Below, piece by piece: positions 49,779 through 58,298 of a DNA stretch of 64,000 nt (position 1 is the stretch's first letter; each line of letters starts with the position of its first letter). Below the pieces are notes generated by a model, which saw only the letters and a program-made list of their open reading frames with translations, was not told the origin of the DNA and did no database searches. This DNA is from Oscillospiraceae bacterium. GTDB taxonomy: Bacteria > Bacillota > Clostridia > Oscillospirales > UBA929. Made by a program: the position numbers and the translations under genes. The stretch lies in contig JAIRUW010000031.1 in NCBI GenBank assembly GCA_031254195.1, positions 29,922-93,921 of the forward strand. The letters run 5' to 3'.

Positions 49779-52700
49779 CTGGGAACCTTACAATCCATAT
49801 CCATACAAGGCTTTAAGACCTTCCCCGACCGCGTTGACCTCACGGTGCCGGACGGGGTCACTGCCGTCGTAGGGCCTAACGGGAGCGGTAAGAGCAATAT
49901 CGCGGAAGCGGTGCGGTGGGTCTTGGGAGAGCAGAATGCCCGCGTCATGCGCTGCGAGAAGAAGATGGAAGAGGTCATCTTCCACGGCTCGGAGCGCAGG
50001 GGCGCTTTGGGCTTTGCCGAGGTTTCGCTGACCATTGGCAACGAAGACCGCGCCTTTGCCTCCGATTCAGACGAGGTGACGCTGACGCGCCGCCTGTACC
50101 GCTCCGGGGAGAGCGAGTATTTTATCAATAAAAACGCCGTCCGCCTCAAAGACATCACCTCGCTGCTGCTGGACACCGGGCTGGGGCCGGGCGGCTATTC
50201 GATCATCGCGCAGGGCATGATTGACCGCATCATGACCGAAAAACCCGCCGACCGGCGTGGCGTCTTTGAAGAGGCCGCCGGGATAGCCAAATACCGCAGC
50301 CGTAAGGAGGAAGCGCAGCGCAAGCTGTCCGCCGCCGAGCAGAATCTACTGCGGGTCTCGGATAAGATTGGCGAGCTGGAGCCGCAGGTCGAGTCGCTGC
50401 GCGAACAGGCCGAAACGGCGCGGCGGTTTTTGCTGCTTCGCGACGAGCTGCGCGGCATCGATATCAATCTCTGGCTGCATCAGATCGAAACCATACGCTC
50501 CGGCAAGGACAAACAAAACGACCAGTTCCGGGAAGCAAAGGAGCGCTTTGAGCGGAGCAAAGCCGAGTTGGACGCGCTGTATGCCGATATGGAGCGTATG
50601 GAGCGGGAGTCTTTGGAGCTGGCGCAGGCCGCCGAAACGGCGCGTGAGGATTTATCAGAACTGGAAAGCAAGCGCGCCGAGGCGGAGAGCGGCTTGAAGG
50701 TGTATCAAAACGACATTGAGCATGTAGAACGGCTGCGGGAGGAGTTGACCCTTGCCGCCGAGCGGCACGACGAACGCGCGGAAGCTCTGCAAAAACAGCG
50801 GGAAGAACGGCTTGCCGAGCGGGCTGGGATCGAGGAAGCTCTCAAAGCCGAGGAGCTGGCGCTTTCGGAGCTGGCGCTGGAGATAACAAGATTAGCCGAA
50901 CAGACAGGCGATTTGTCGGCACAGGCCGGCGCGCTTCAGGCGCAAGCCGCGTTGGCGCAGGCCGCGCTGGGCGAGAGCAGATTGCGCCTGACGGCGCTGG
51001 AAGCCCGCCGCGGCGAACAGGCCGCCCGCCGCCAGGCTCTTTTGGCGGAGAAGGACAAAAGCGGGGAAGCGCTGACAGAAGCGCGGAACCGTCTGGACTT
51101 TACGCAGAAAAAGCTGGGAGAAGCGCAAGAGACGATAAGCGAGCTGGACAATGTACTCAAGGGGTATACCTTGCGTACCGAACAGCGGGCGCACAAGCTG
51201 GCGGAGGCGCGGGACAGCGCTGAAAATCTGCGCCGGAGCCTGCACGAAAAGCAATCGCGCCTTGCTTTGCTGAGCGACTTGGAGAAGGAATACGAGGGGA
51301 ACCACGCCGTCGCGATGGTGATGAACAGCAAGCTGCCGGGGCTGCACGGCGTGTTGAGCGGACTGATCCGCACAGGGGACGAAACCGCCGTCGCCATCGA
51401 GATCGCGCTGGGTGCGGCGTTGCAGAACATCGTCGTCTCCTCCGAGGGGGACGCAAAGGCGGCCATCAACCTCTTAAAAGAGCGCAAAGGCGGCCGCGCC
51501 ACCTTTCTGCCGCTGACGTCCGTTGACGGGCGGGAGTGGGGAGACGTCCCCGAGATGGGCGGCGAGGTGCTGGGGTTAGCCTCCAGGCTGGTGGACTGCG
51601 GAGAGCAGTACCGCGGCATCGTCCGCAACCTCCTCGGGCGCACCGTCGTCTGCCGCACACTGGACGGAGCAATCGCGCTGTCGCGCACGCTGGAACAGCG
51701 GGTGCGCGTCGTCACGCTGGACGGACAGGTCGTCAATGCGGGCGGCGCTATCACCGGCGGCAGTGTGGGCAAAAGAATTGGCATCCTGTCGCGCAAAAAC
51801 GAGCTGGAGCGGCTGGAAGCGGAGCTGTCAACGCTGGCCGGGCAGGCCGCCGAGGCGGGCAAGCGCTTTGAGGAGGCCGAACGGGCCTTTAAGGTGGCGC
51901 AGTATGACTTGGAAGTGGCGGAAGGCGAACGCCGTCAGGCGCAGGAGGACGCTTCCGGTCTGGCCGCCGAAGAGCGCCACCGCGCCGCGCTGCTGAAAAA
52001 CCTGGAAGACGCGGAAGCGCTGTGCGATCATGAGCTTGCGGAGATCGACAAACGCCTCGCGGAGATGGATGCCGAGCGGCAAAACGGGACGTTGGAGATC
52101 GAAGGTCATGCGGACGCCATCGCGCGGCTGGAGGGGGAGAGTGCCGCGCTTTCGGAAAGCCACGGTGCGCTGGACATTTCGGGTGAGGGCTTACGGGAGC
52201 GCCAGTCGGCCCTGCGGGAGCACATGGCGTCGCTGACGGCGGAGCGCGAGGGTGTGCTGAGAGCGATGGAGGAGCTGGAAGAGCGCGGGCGCGACCTGTC
52301 GATGGACGGCGAAAGCCGCGCCGCCGCGTTGGAGGGCTACCAAACGCGCGGGGAGGAATTGCGGGCCCTTTGCGAAGAGCGCGGCAAGGAAATCGACGGG
52401 TTGGCGCAGGCAATCCGGCAAAGCCGCGCGGCAATGGACGCGACGGCGGACAAGCAGAGGGTGCTGGAAGCCGGGCGGGTACAGGCCGGGCGCAAAGCCA
52501 AAGACGGCGCGGAACAGAACATAGCGCTCTCCCGCGCCGCCGACAAACTGGAAAACAGCCTGCTGACCACGCAGAAAGAGGAAGACGCGCTGGTCTCCCG
52601 CCTGTGGGAACAGTATGAGCTGACCGTCACCAAGGCGCAGGAACTGCGCTCGCCGATGGAAAGCGCCGCGAAAGCCCAGCGCCGCGCCGCCGAACTGAAG

Positions 52701-53333
52701 CGGGAGATCAACGCGCTTGGCAGCGTCAATCTAGGCGCGATCGAGGCGTATGAGAGCGTGGGCGAGCGTTACCGTTACCTGACCGAGCAGCGGGCGGACG
52801 CGCAGCAGTCCAAAGACGAGCTGGACGGCATCATTGAGCGAATTACCGGGGAAATGCGGGGCATTTTTGCTAAACAGTTCGCGCAAATCGCGCAAAAATT
52901 CTCCGAAACCTTCGTGGAGATCTTCGGCGGCGGCGAGGCCGCGCTGGAGCTGGACGACGGCGTGGACATCCTGGAGAGCGGCGTGGAAATCAAGGCACAG
53001 CCACCGGGGAAAAAATTGCGCTCCATCTCCCTGCTGTCGGGAGGTGAGCAATCGCTGTCGGCCATCGCGCTGTATTTCGCCATTTTTAAGGTACGCCCCG
53101 CGCCGTTTTGCGTACTGGACGAGATCGACCACGACCTCGACGACGTCAACGTGGGGCGGTTCGCTTCGTACTTAAAGCGTTTCGCGCAAACAGCGCAATA
53201 CATCGTCGTCACTCACCGCCGCGGCACGATGGAGCAGGCGGGGATGCTATACGGCGTGACGGCGCAGGAACCAGGGGTGAGCAAGGTAATAAGCCTGCGG
53301 CTGGAAGATGTGGAAGACAGCTACGCGGATTGA
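49779..53333 (+). CDS. smc: Chromosome partition protein SMC. The start is placed at in-frame CTG 49779; the first canonical start is GTG 49845.
   Basis: Walker A 'GPNGSGKSNI', long coiled coils, a hinge 'GVLSGLIR', signature 'LSGGEQSL' and Walker B 'FCVLDEIDHDLDD'. The conserved N-terminal 'LQSISIQGFKTFPDRVDLTV' is encoded upstream of GTG 49845. Confidence 0.9.
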   Translation: MGTLQSISIQGFKTFPDRVDLTVPDGVTAVVGPNGSGKSNIAEAVRWVLGEQNARVMRCEKKMEEVIFHGSERRGALGFAEVSLTIGNEDRAFASDSDEVTLTRRLYRSGESEYFINKNAVRLKDITSLLLDTGLGPGGYSIIAQGMIDRIMTEKPADRRGVFEEAAGIAKYRSRKEEAQRKLSAAEQNLLRVSDKIGELEPQVESLREQAETARRFLLLRDELRGIDINLWLHQIETIRSGKDKQNDQFREAKERFERSKAELDALYADMERMERESLELAQAAETAREDLSELESKRAEAESGLKVYQNDIEHVERLREELTLAAERHDERAEALQKQREERLAERAGIEEALKAEELALSELALEITRLAEQTGDLSAQAGALQAQAALAQAALGESRLRLTALEARRGEQAARRQALLAEKDKSGEALTEARNRLDFTQKKLGEAQETISELDNVLKGYTLRTEQRAHKLAEARDSAENLRRSLHEKQSRLALLSDLEKEYEGNHAVAMVMNSKLPGLHGVLSGLIRTGDETAVAIEIALGAALQNIVVSSEGDAKAAINLLKERKGGRATFLPLTSVDGREWGDVPEMGGEVLGLASRLVDCGEQYRGIVRNLLGRTVVCRTLDGAIALSRTLEQRVRVVTLDGQVVNAGGAITGGSVGKRIGILSRKNELERLEAELSTLAGQAAEAGKRFEEAERAFKVAQYDLEVAEGERRQAQEDASGLAAEERHRAALLKNLEDAEALCDHELAEIDKRLAEMDAERQNGTLEIEGHADAIARLEGESAALSESHGALDISGEGLRERQSALREHMASLTAEREGVLRAMEELEERGRDLSMDGESRAAALEGYQTRGEELRALCEERGKEIDGLAQAIRQSRAAMDATADKQRVLEAGRVQAGRKAKDGAEQNIALSRAADKLENSLLTTQKEEDALVSRLWEQYELTVTKAQELRSPMESAAKAQRRAAELKREINALGSVNLGAIEAYESVGERYRYLTEQRADAQQSKDELDGIIERITGEMRGIFAKQFAQIAQKFSETFVEIFGGGEAALELDDGVDILESGVEIKAQPPGKKLRSISLLSGGEQSLSAIALYFAIFKVRPAPFCVLDEIDHDLDDVNVGRFASYLKRFAQTAQYIVVTHRRGTMEQAGMLYGVTAQEPGVSKVISLRLEDVEDSYAD

Positions 53334-53385
53334 TTGGAACTGCTGGTCAAGGATACATAGAAATGGAAGTGGGAGGGAAACGCGG

Positions 53386-53703
53386 ATGGCACGTTGTCAA
53401 AAGTGTGGAAAAACGGGAAGCTGGGACGGCGACCTTTGCAGCACATGCCGGTCTGATGTGAAGTTCCATTATGTAGAGCAGATTAAGCATAAAAAAGTGA
53501 GGCGGGGCAAACGGCTGCGGGCATTGCGGGGAGTCTTGCATGTGGAGAACAAACCGTTGAGGAGAAAACAGACGATCATCGCAATCATCTTTGTCGTCCT
53601 CCTCGTCACGGTACTTATTCTCCTGCGGCCGGACTTTAGCGGCAATGAACAGGATGTACAGGAAGGGGAGCAATACAGCGATGGGGCTGTTCGACAGACT
53701 TAA
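53386..53703 (+). CDS. Small zinc-ribbon/TM protein (hypothetical)
   Basis: It has 'CQKCGKTGSWDGDLCSTC' followed by a basic stretch and the TM segment 'IIAIIFVVLLVTVLILL'. It overlaps the ftsY start by 23 nt. Confidence 0.5.
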   Translation: MARCQKCGKTGSWDGDLCSTCRSDVKFHYVEQIKHKKVRRGKRLRALRGVLHVENKPLRRKQTIIAIIFVVLLVTVLILLRPDFSGNEQDVQEGEQYSDGAVRQT

Positions 53704-54556
53704 AGGCAAACTCGGCGGGCTGTTCGTCGAGGGGGAAAAGGTCAACGACGAGTTTTACGACGAGTTGGAGGAGGCGCTCATCCTCTCCGACGCGGGCGCT
53801 TATCTAGCTTGTGAGATCGTCGAGGAGCTTCGGAAGCGGTGCAAAAAAGAGAGCGTCAAGCTGCGGCAGGACGCGCGCGCCGTCTTGCGCGGGCAGTTGA
53901 CGGAGCTGCTCGAAAGCGCGGGCAGCCGCGATATGGACCTCAAAACCCGCCCGTCGGTCGTGCTGGTGACCGGGGTCAACGGCGCGGGCAAGACGACCTC
54001 TATCGGCAAACTGGCCGCGCGGCTGACCGGGGAAGGCAGGACGGTGCTCCTTTGCGCGGGCGACACCTTCCGCGCCGCCGCCGCCGACCAGTTGGAGATA
54101 TGGGCCGGACGCGCCGGATGCGGCATCATCCGCCAGCAAGAAGGAGCCGACCCCGCCAGCGTGCTGTTTGACGCCGTCAACGCCGCCAAAGCGCGGGGGG
54201 TGGACATTGTCCTTTGCGACACGGCGGGGCGCTTGCAAAACAAGCAAAACCTGATGAACGAGCTGAACAAGATCAGCCGTGTCCTCGACCGCGAACTGCC
54301 GGGCTGTTCCCGCGAGACGCTGCTGACACTGGACGCGACGACCGGGCAAAACGGATTGGCACAGGTCAAGGGGTTCTCGGAAGTAGCCGGGCTGACAGGT
54401 ATCATCCTGACCAAGCTGGACGGCACCGCCAAGGGCGGCGTTACGCTTGCCGTCGCCCGTGAGACGGGCGTACCGGTCAAATGGGTGGGGCTGGGAGAGC
54501 AGCTTAGTGACTTTGCGCCGTTTGACCCGGTGGGGTTTGTGGAGGCTATTGTGTAG
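53681..54556 (+). CDS. ftsY: Signal recognition particle receptor FtsY
   Basis: Start 'MGLFDRLKGK'. The NG domain has 'GVNGAGKTTSIGKLA', 'DTAGRL' and 'TKLDGTAKGG'. Confidence 0.93.
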   Translation: MGLFDRLKGKLGGLFVEGEKVNDEFYDELEEALILSDAGAYLACEIVEELRKRCKKESVKLRQDARAVLRGQLTELLESAGSRDMDLKTRPSVVLVTGVNGAGKTTSIGKLAARLTGEGRTVLLCAGDTFRAAAADQLEIWAGRAGCGIIRQQEGADPASVLFDAVNAAKARGVDIVLCDTAGRLQNKQNLMNELNKISRVLDRELPGCSRETLLTLDATTGQNGLAQVKGFSEVAGLTGIILTKLDGTAKGGVTLAVARETGVPVKWVGLGEQLSDFAPFDPVGFVEAIV

Positions 54557-54571
54557 GAGGGGAATCGGAGT

Positions 54572-55117
54572 ATGATTGATATTGATGAATTATGTCTTGT
54601 GCATTATTGTCACCCTAGCTGTGTGCCGTTTATGAATATTTGCAGGCTGCCGAAAGAAGAAGCCTTTTCAACGGCCTATAAAATGGCTGCCGAGAACCCA
54701 GAGACTACTGCCTTTTACCGGTTTGCGGATTTTGAAAACTATTATCCCCGCAGAATGAAAACAGACGAGGTTCTCTATGACATGTTTGTTTCCCTCGGCG
54801 GCAAACCTAAGGAGAGGCACCCTTTGTCTTTTGTGCTGCAAGGCAGCGAGTACCTTGATGGTTGGTTTGGGAATGGGACGATCTGGACATTCAAGTTAAG
54901 GGATATACCGTCTGATTGTATCAGCTTTACATTGGGAGACAGCAACGCGACGCTTAGAAAAAGCGGAGAGCTAACTATGTATACAAAGGAAATGCTATTG
55001 GATGCCGTTAAAGGGCATGAAGGTGCAATAGACGATTTTATGCGTGAAATAGCGGAAAAGTACACGTATATCGAAGCACAGCTTTGGAATGATGCGTATT
55101 GCACAGCCCACGCATAA
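54572..55117 (+). CDS. Hypothetical protein (AT-richer orphan between ftsY and rdgB)
   Basis: 181 aa with an SD GGAGGGGAA upstream. No family recognised. Confidence 0.55.
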   Translation: MIDIDELCLVHYCHPSCVPFMNICRLPKEEAFSTAYKMAAENPETTAFYRFADFENYYPRRMKTDEVLYDMFVSLGGKPKERHPLSFVLQGSEYLDGWFGNGTIWTFKLRDIPSDCISFTLGDSNATLRKSGELTMYTKEMLLDAVKGHEGAIDDFMREIAEKYTYIEAQLWNDAYCTAHA

Positions 55118-55136
55118 GCGCTATGGGAGGGATTCT

Positions 55137-55712
55137 ATGCAAGCCGTCGTTTTAGCCACGCACAACAATGGCAAGGCGCGCGAGTTCGCGCGCCTTTTGG
55201 AGCCTGCGGGCATTCAGATTAAAACTCTTGCCGACTGCGGAATTGCAGAGGTCCCTGAGGAAACGGGCACGACGTTCTTAGAGAACGCGCGCATCAAAGC
55301 CCAAGCGGCGATGAAAGCGACGGGATTGCCATCACTGGCCGACGATTCCGGGCTGTGCGTGGACGCGCTGGACGGCGCGCCGGGGGTCTGGTCGGCGGTT
55401 TACGGCGGGCTGACAGACCCGGCGGAGCAAATCGCCCTCTTACTGCGTCAAATGGAGGGAAAGGCCGGCCGCCGAGCCGCCTTTGTCTGTCAGCTCGTTC
55501 TACTTTACCCCGACGGGCGCGAGGTTTTGGCCGAGGGGCGGTGTGAGGGGGAGATTCTGCCTACGCCGCGTGGGGACGGCGGGTTTGGGTATGACCCGAT
55601 TTTCCTCCTGCCGGAGAAAGGGCTGTCCATGGCAGAACTACCGCCGGAGGAGAAGAATACCGTTTCCCATAGGGGGATAGCATTGCGCAAACTGTTGGAG
55701 GGGCTGACATGA
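55137..55712 (+). CDS. rdgB: dITP/XTP pyrophosphatase (RdgB/HAM1 family)
   Basis: It has 'VLATHNNGKAREF', 'ETGTTFLENA', 'DDSGLCVDALDGAPG' and 'GFGYDPIF'. Confidence 0.9.
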   Translation: MQAVVLATHNNGKAREFARLLEPAGIQIKTLADCGIAEVPEETGTTFLENARIKAQAAMKATGLPSLADDSGLCVDALDGAPGVWSAVYGGLTDPAEQIALLLRQMEGKAGRRAAFVCQLVLLYPDGREVLAEGRCEGEILPTPRGDGGFGYDPIFLLPEKGLSMAELPPEEKNTVSHRGIALRKLLEGLT

Positions 55713-56233
55713 CACTGGCATTATACGGCGGCAGCTTCAACCCGCCGCACAATGGGCATGTCATGCTGGCGCGGAACGCGCTTGAGGCGTTGCGCCCCGG
55801 GAAACTGATCTGGATGCCGTCCGGCAACCCGCCGCATAAGGCTTTGCCCGATAGTACGCCCTCCGTTGCGCACCGTCTGGCCTTGAGCCGTTTGGCGGCG
55901 GAGGGGCTGCCTGATACCGAAGTGAGCGATTTTGAGCTTATAGGCGGCGCGAGATATACCATCGATACAGTGATGATGCTGCGGGAACGCTATAAGCCTG
56001 ATACGCTGTGGCTGCTGATGGGCTCCGATATGCGGGACTCCCTTGGCGGATGGTATCGAGCGGATGATTTGCGGAGGTTCACCGAGCCTTATACATTTTC
56101 CAGGGAAATCTGCCCTGTTTCCAGCACCGAGGTGCGGGCGCTGCTCGCGCAAGGGTTAGGCCGGGAGAACGTCCCGCCGGCCGTTTGGGAGTATATCCGA
56201 AGGGAAGAATTGTATGGCTGCCCCAAGCCGTGA
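55709..56233 (+). CDS. nadD: Nicotinate-nucleotide adenylyltransferase (short form)
   Basis: It has 'YGGSFNPPHNGH' and 'SSTEVR', in the position upstream of yqeK. Confidence 0.85.
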   Translation: MTLALYGGSFNPPHNGHVMLARNALEALRPGKLIWMPSGNPPHKALPDSTPSVAHRLALSRLAAEGLPDTEVSDFELIGGARYTIDTVMMLRERYKPDTLWLLMGSDMRDSLGGWYRADDLRRFTEPYTFSREICPVSSTEVRALLAQGLGRENVPPAVWEYIRREELYGCPKP

Positions 56234-56792
56234 GGAGTTGCTTAGCCTGCTGCGGGAGCGCCTTTCTCCCCGCCGTGTGCTGCATACGCTGGGGGTGGAG
56301 GCCGTCGCCGTCTGCATGGCGGCGCGGTGGGGCGCGGACACGGAGGCGGCAAGCAGTGCGGCATTGCTGCATGATATGACAAAAGAAGCCCCTGACCAGT
56401 TGCAATTGCTGCGGTATTATGGTATACTGCCGTCTGAGTGGGGAGAAACGGTCCCCAATGTTTACCATGCGCTGACCGGCGCGGCGTTCGCAGGGGAACT
56501 GGGATACGATGAGGAACTCGTTTCGGCCGTCCGGTGGCACGCTACAGGCCGTGCCGGAATGACAGTGCTGGAGAAAATCCTCTTTATTGCCGACATGGCC
56601 GATCCGTTTCGCGCCGCTTACCCAGGGCTTGCGGATATCCGGGGTTTGCTTTATACCGATCTCGACCAGGCGTTGGCTCTTGGTCTGCGTGAAACACTGC
56701 GGTTTGTCCGTGAAAACGGGCGGCCTGAGGATCAATTTACTGGTGAAGCGCTTTATTGGATAGAAAGAAAGTGGGAGAATGGCAATGTTTAA
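56214..56792 (+). CDS. yqeK: HD-domain phosphohydrolase YqeK
   Basis: 192 aa with 'HTLGV' and 'LLHDMTK', in the conserved nadD-yqeK pairing. Confidence 0.85.
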   Translation: MAAPSREELLSLLRERLSPRRVLHTLGVEAVAVCMAARWGADTEAASSAALLHDMTKEAPDQLQLLRYYGILPSEWGETVPNVYHALTGAAFAGELGYDEELVSAVRWHATGRAGMTVLEKILFIADMADPFRAAYPGLADIRGLLYTDLDQALALGLRETLRFVRENGRPEDQFTGEALYWIERKWENGNV

Positions 56793-57951
56793 GCGCCCCT
56801 ATTCGGGGAGGCGCGTGGGTAAAGAACCCAAGTCAAAGAAACCTGACGCGCCCAAACGGGCTGAAGGCGGCCCTCTTCACCGCCTCCTTTACCGCTTTAC
56901 CGCGTGGTGGGGCAAACGGCGTTTAGCCGTGAGAATTGCGATTATCGCCGGGGCTTCGGTGCTGGCGCTTGGGATGGTGGCGGCGATTGCCGTACGCGCG
57001 TGGATTCGCCCGCCGGAAGAGACGCCCATTGTCGTCCATAACCCTTCTCCGTCCGATTCGCTGCCGTCCGGCGCTTCGCCCGCTCCGACCCCATCCGGCG
57101 GCGATGAGACCGAGCCTTCCCCCCAGCCGGAATATGTCCAACGCAAGGGCATATTTACCTTCCTGCTCGCGGGCGTCAACGAAGGGTTGACCGACACGCT
57201 GATGGTCGCAACGCTCGATACCGAGCAGGGGACATGTTATGTGTTATCCATCCCGCGCGACACATATATCCCCAGTGCCACCCGCTCTCTCAAAAAGATC
57301 AACGGCGCGTATATTCAGAGGAACAATGTAGACGAACCGGGCATTGCCCAGCTGAAGAAAGAGGTCGCCACATTGATCGGCTTCCAGCCGCAGTATGCCG
57401 CGGTGGTGAACTATAACGGGTTTAAGCGGCTTATCACCGCCATCGGCGGCGTGGACTTCTATGTGCCGACGCGGATGTATGTGCCGGCCGAGGGCATCGA
57501 CCTTCAAAAGGGGCAGCAGCACCTCAACGCCGATAAGGCCTTGCAGTTGGTGAGGTGGCGCGTAAATTACGATGAATACGGCAATGCTACCACGGGGTAT
57601 AACGACCAGGGGCGGATGGAGACACAGCAAAAACTCCTCACGGCGGCCGCCAAGAAAGCCCTGGCCAACTGGACCAAGTTTCCCGAGTATATCAGCATCG
57701 CACAGGAGAATCTGGAAAGCGACATCGACTGGGGCAATATGCTTTGGCTGGCCGAGCAGGTAAACAAGATTGGCATGGACAACGTTGAATTCCACACCCT
57801 GCCCACCTATACGGCGAGGATCGGCAAAAATGACCATGAATTTGTCGATGCCGAGCAGGCGCTGGAACTGCTGAACGAAACGATAAACCCCTTTTCTATC
57901 CCCATTGGGCCTGAAATTTTGGAACACGCGAAAAGCGAGGATGTGACATAA
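56779..57951 (+). CDS. LytR-CpsA-Psr (LCP) family cell-wall polymer transferase
   Basis: It has a basic N-terminus, a TM segment and a Pro/Ser linker. The LCP core has 'TFLLAGVNEGLTDTLMVATLD', 'SIPRDTY' and 'DQGRMETQQKLL'. Confidence 0.88.
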   Translation: MAMFKRPYSGRRVGKEPKSKKPDAPKRAEGGPLHRLLYRFTAWWGKRRLAVRIAIIAGASVLALGMVAAIAVRAWIRPPEETPIVVHNPSPSDSLPSGASPAPTPSGGDETEPSPQPEYVQRKGIFTFLLAGVNEGLTDTLMVATLDTEQGTCYVLSIPRDTYIPSATRSLKKINGAYIQRNNVDEPGIAQLKKEVATLIGFQPQYAAVVNYNGFKRLITAIGGVDFYVPTRMYVPAEGIDLQKGQQHLNADKALQLVRWRVNYDEYGNATTGYNDQGRMETQQKLLTAAAKKALANWTKFPEYISIAQENLESDIDWGNMLWLAEQVNKIGMDNVEFHTLPTYTARIGKNDHEFVDAEQALELLNETINPFSIPIGPEILEHAKSEDVT

Positions 57952-58298
57952 TGGAACCTAAGGAACTGGCTAAAAACGCGGCGCGGATACTGTCGGACAA
58001 AAAAGCGGCTGACATCCGCGTACTGGAGGTCACCGACCTCACCGTGCTGGCCGATTATTTCATCATCGCAACCGGCACCTCGTCCACCCACCTCAAAACC
58101 CTTGCCGACGAGGTGGAGTTTATGCTGAAAAAACAGGGCGTCGCGCCGGGACACATCGAGGGGCGCGGCGGCGGCAACTGGCTTCTGCTTGACTATGGGT
58201 CCGTCGTCGTCCATGTACTGTTGCAGGACGCGAGGGAATTTTACTCGATCGAACGGTTATGGTCCGACGCGAAGCAATATGGCGAGGATGATTTGTAA
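57951..58298 (+). CDS. rsfS: Ribosome silencing factor RsfS
   Basis: 115 aa with 'DYFIIATGTSSTH' and 'WLLLDYGSVVVHV'. Confidence 0.9.
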   Translation: MEPKELAKNAARILSDKKAADIRVLEVTDLTVLADYFIIATGTSSTHLKTLADEVEFMLKKQGVAPGHIEGRGGGNWLLLDYGSVVVHVLLQDAREFYSIERLWSDAKQYGEDDL

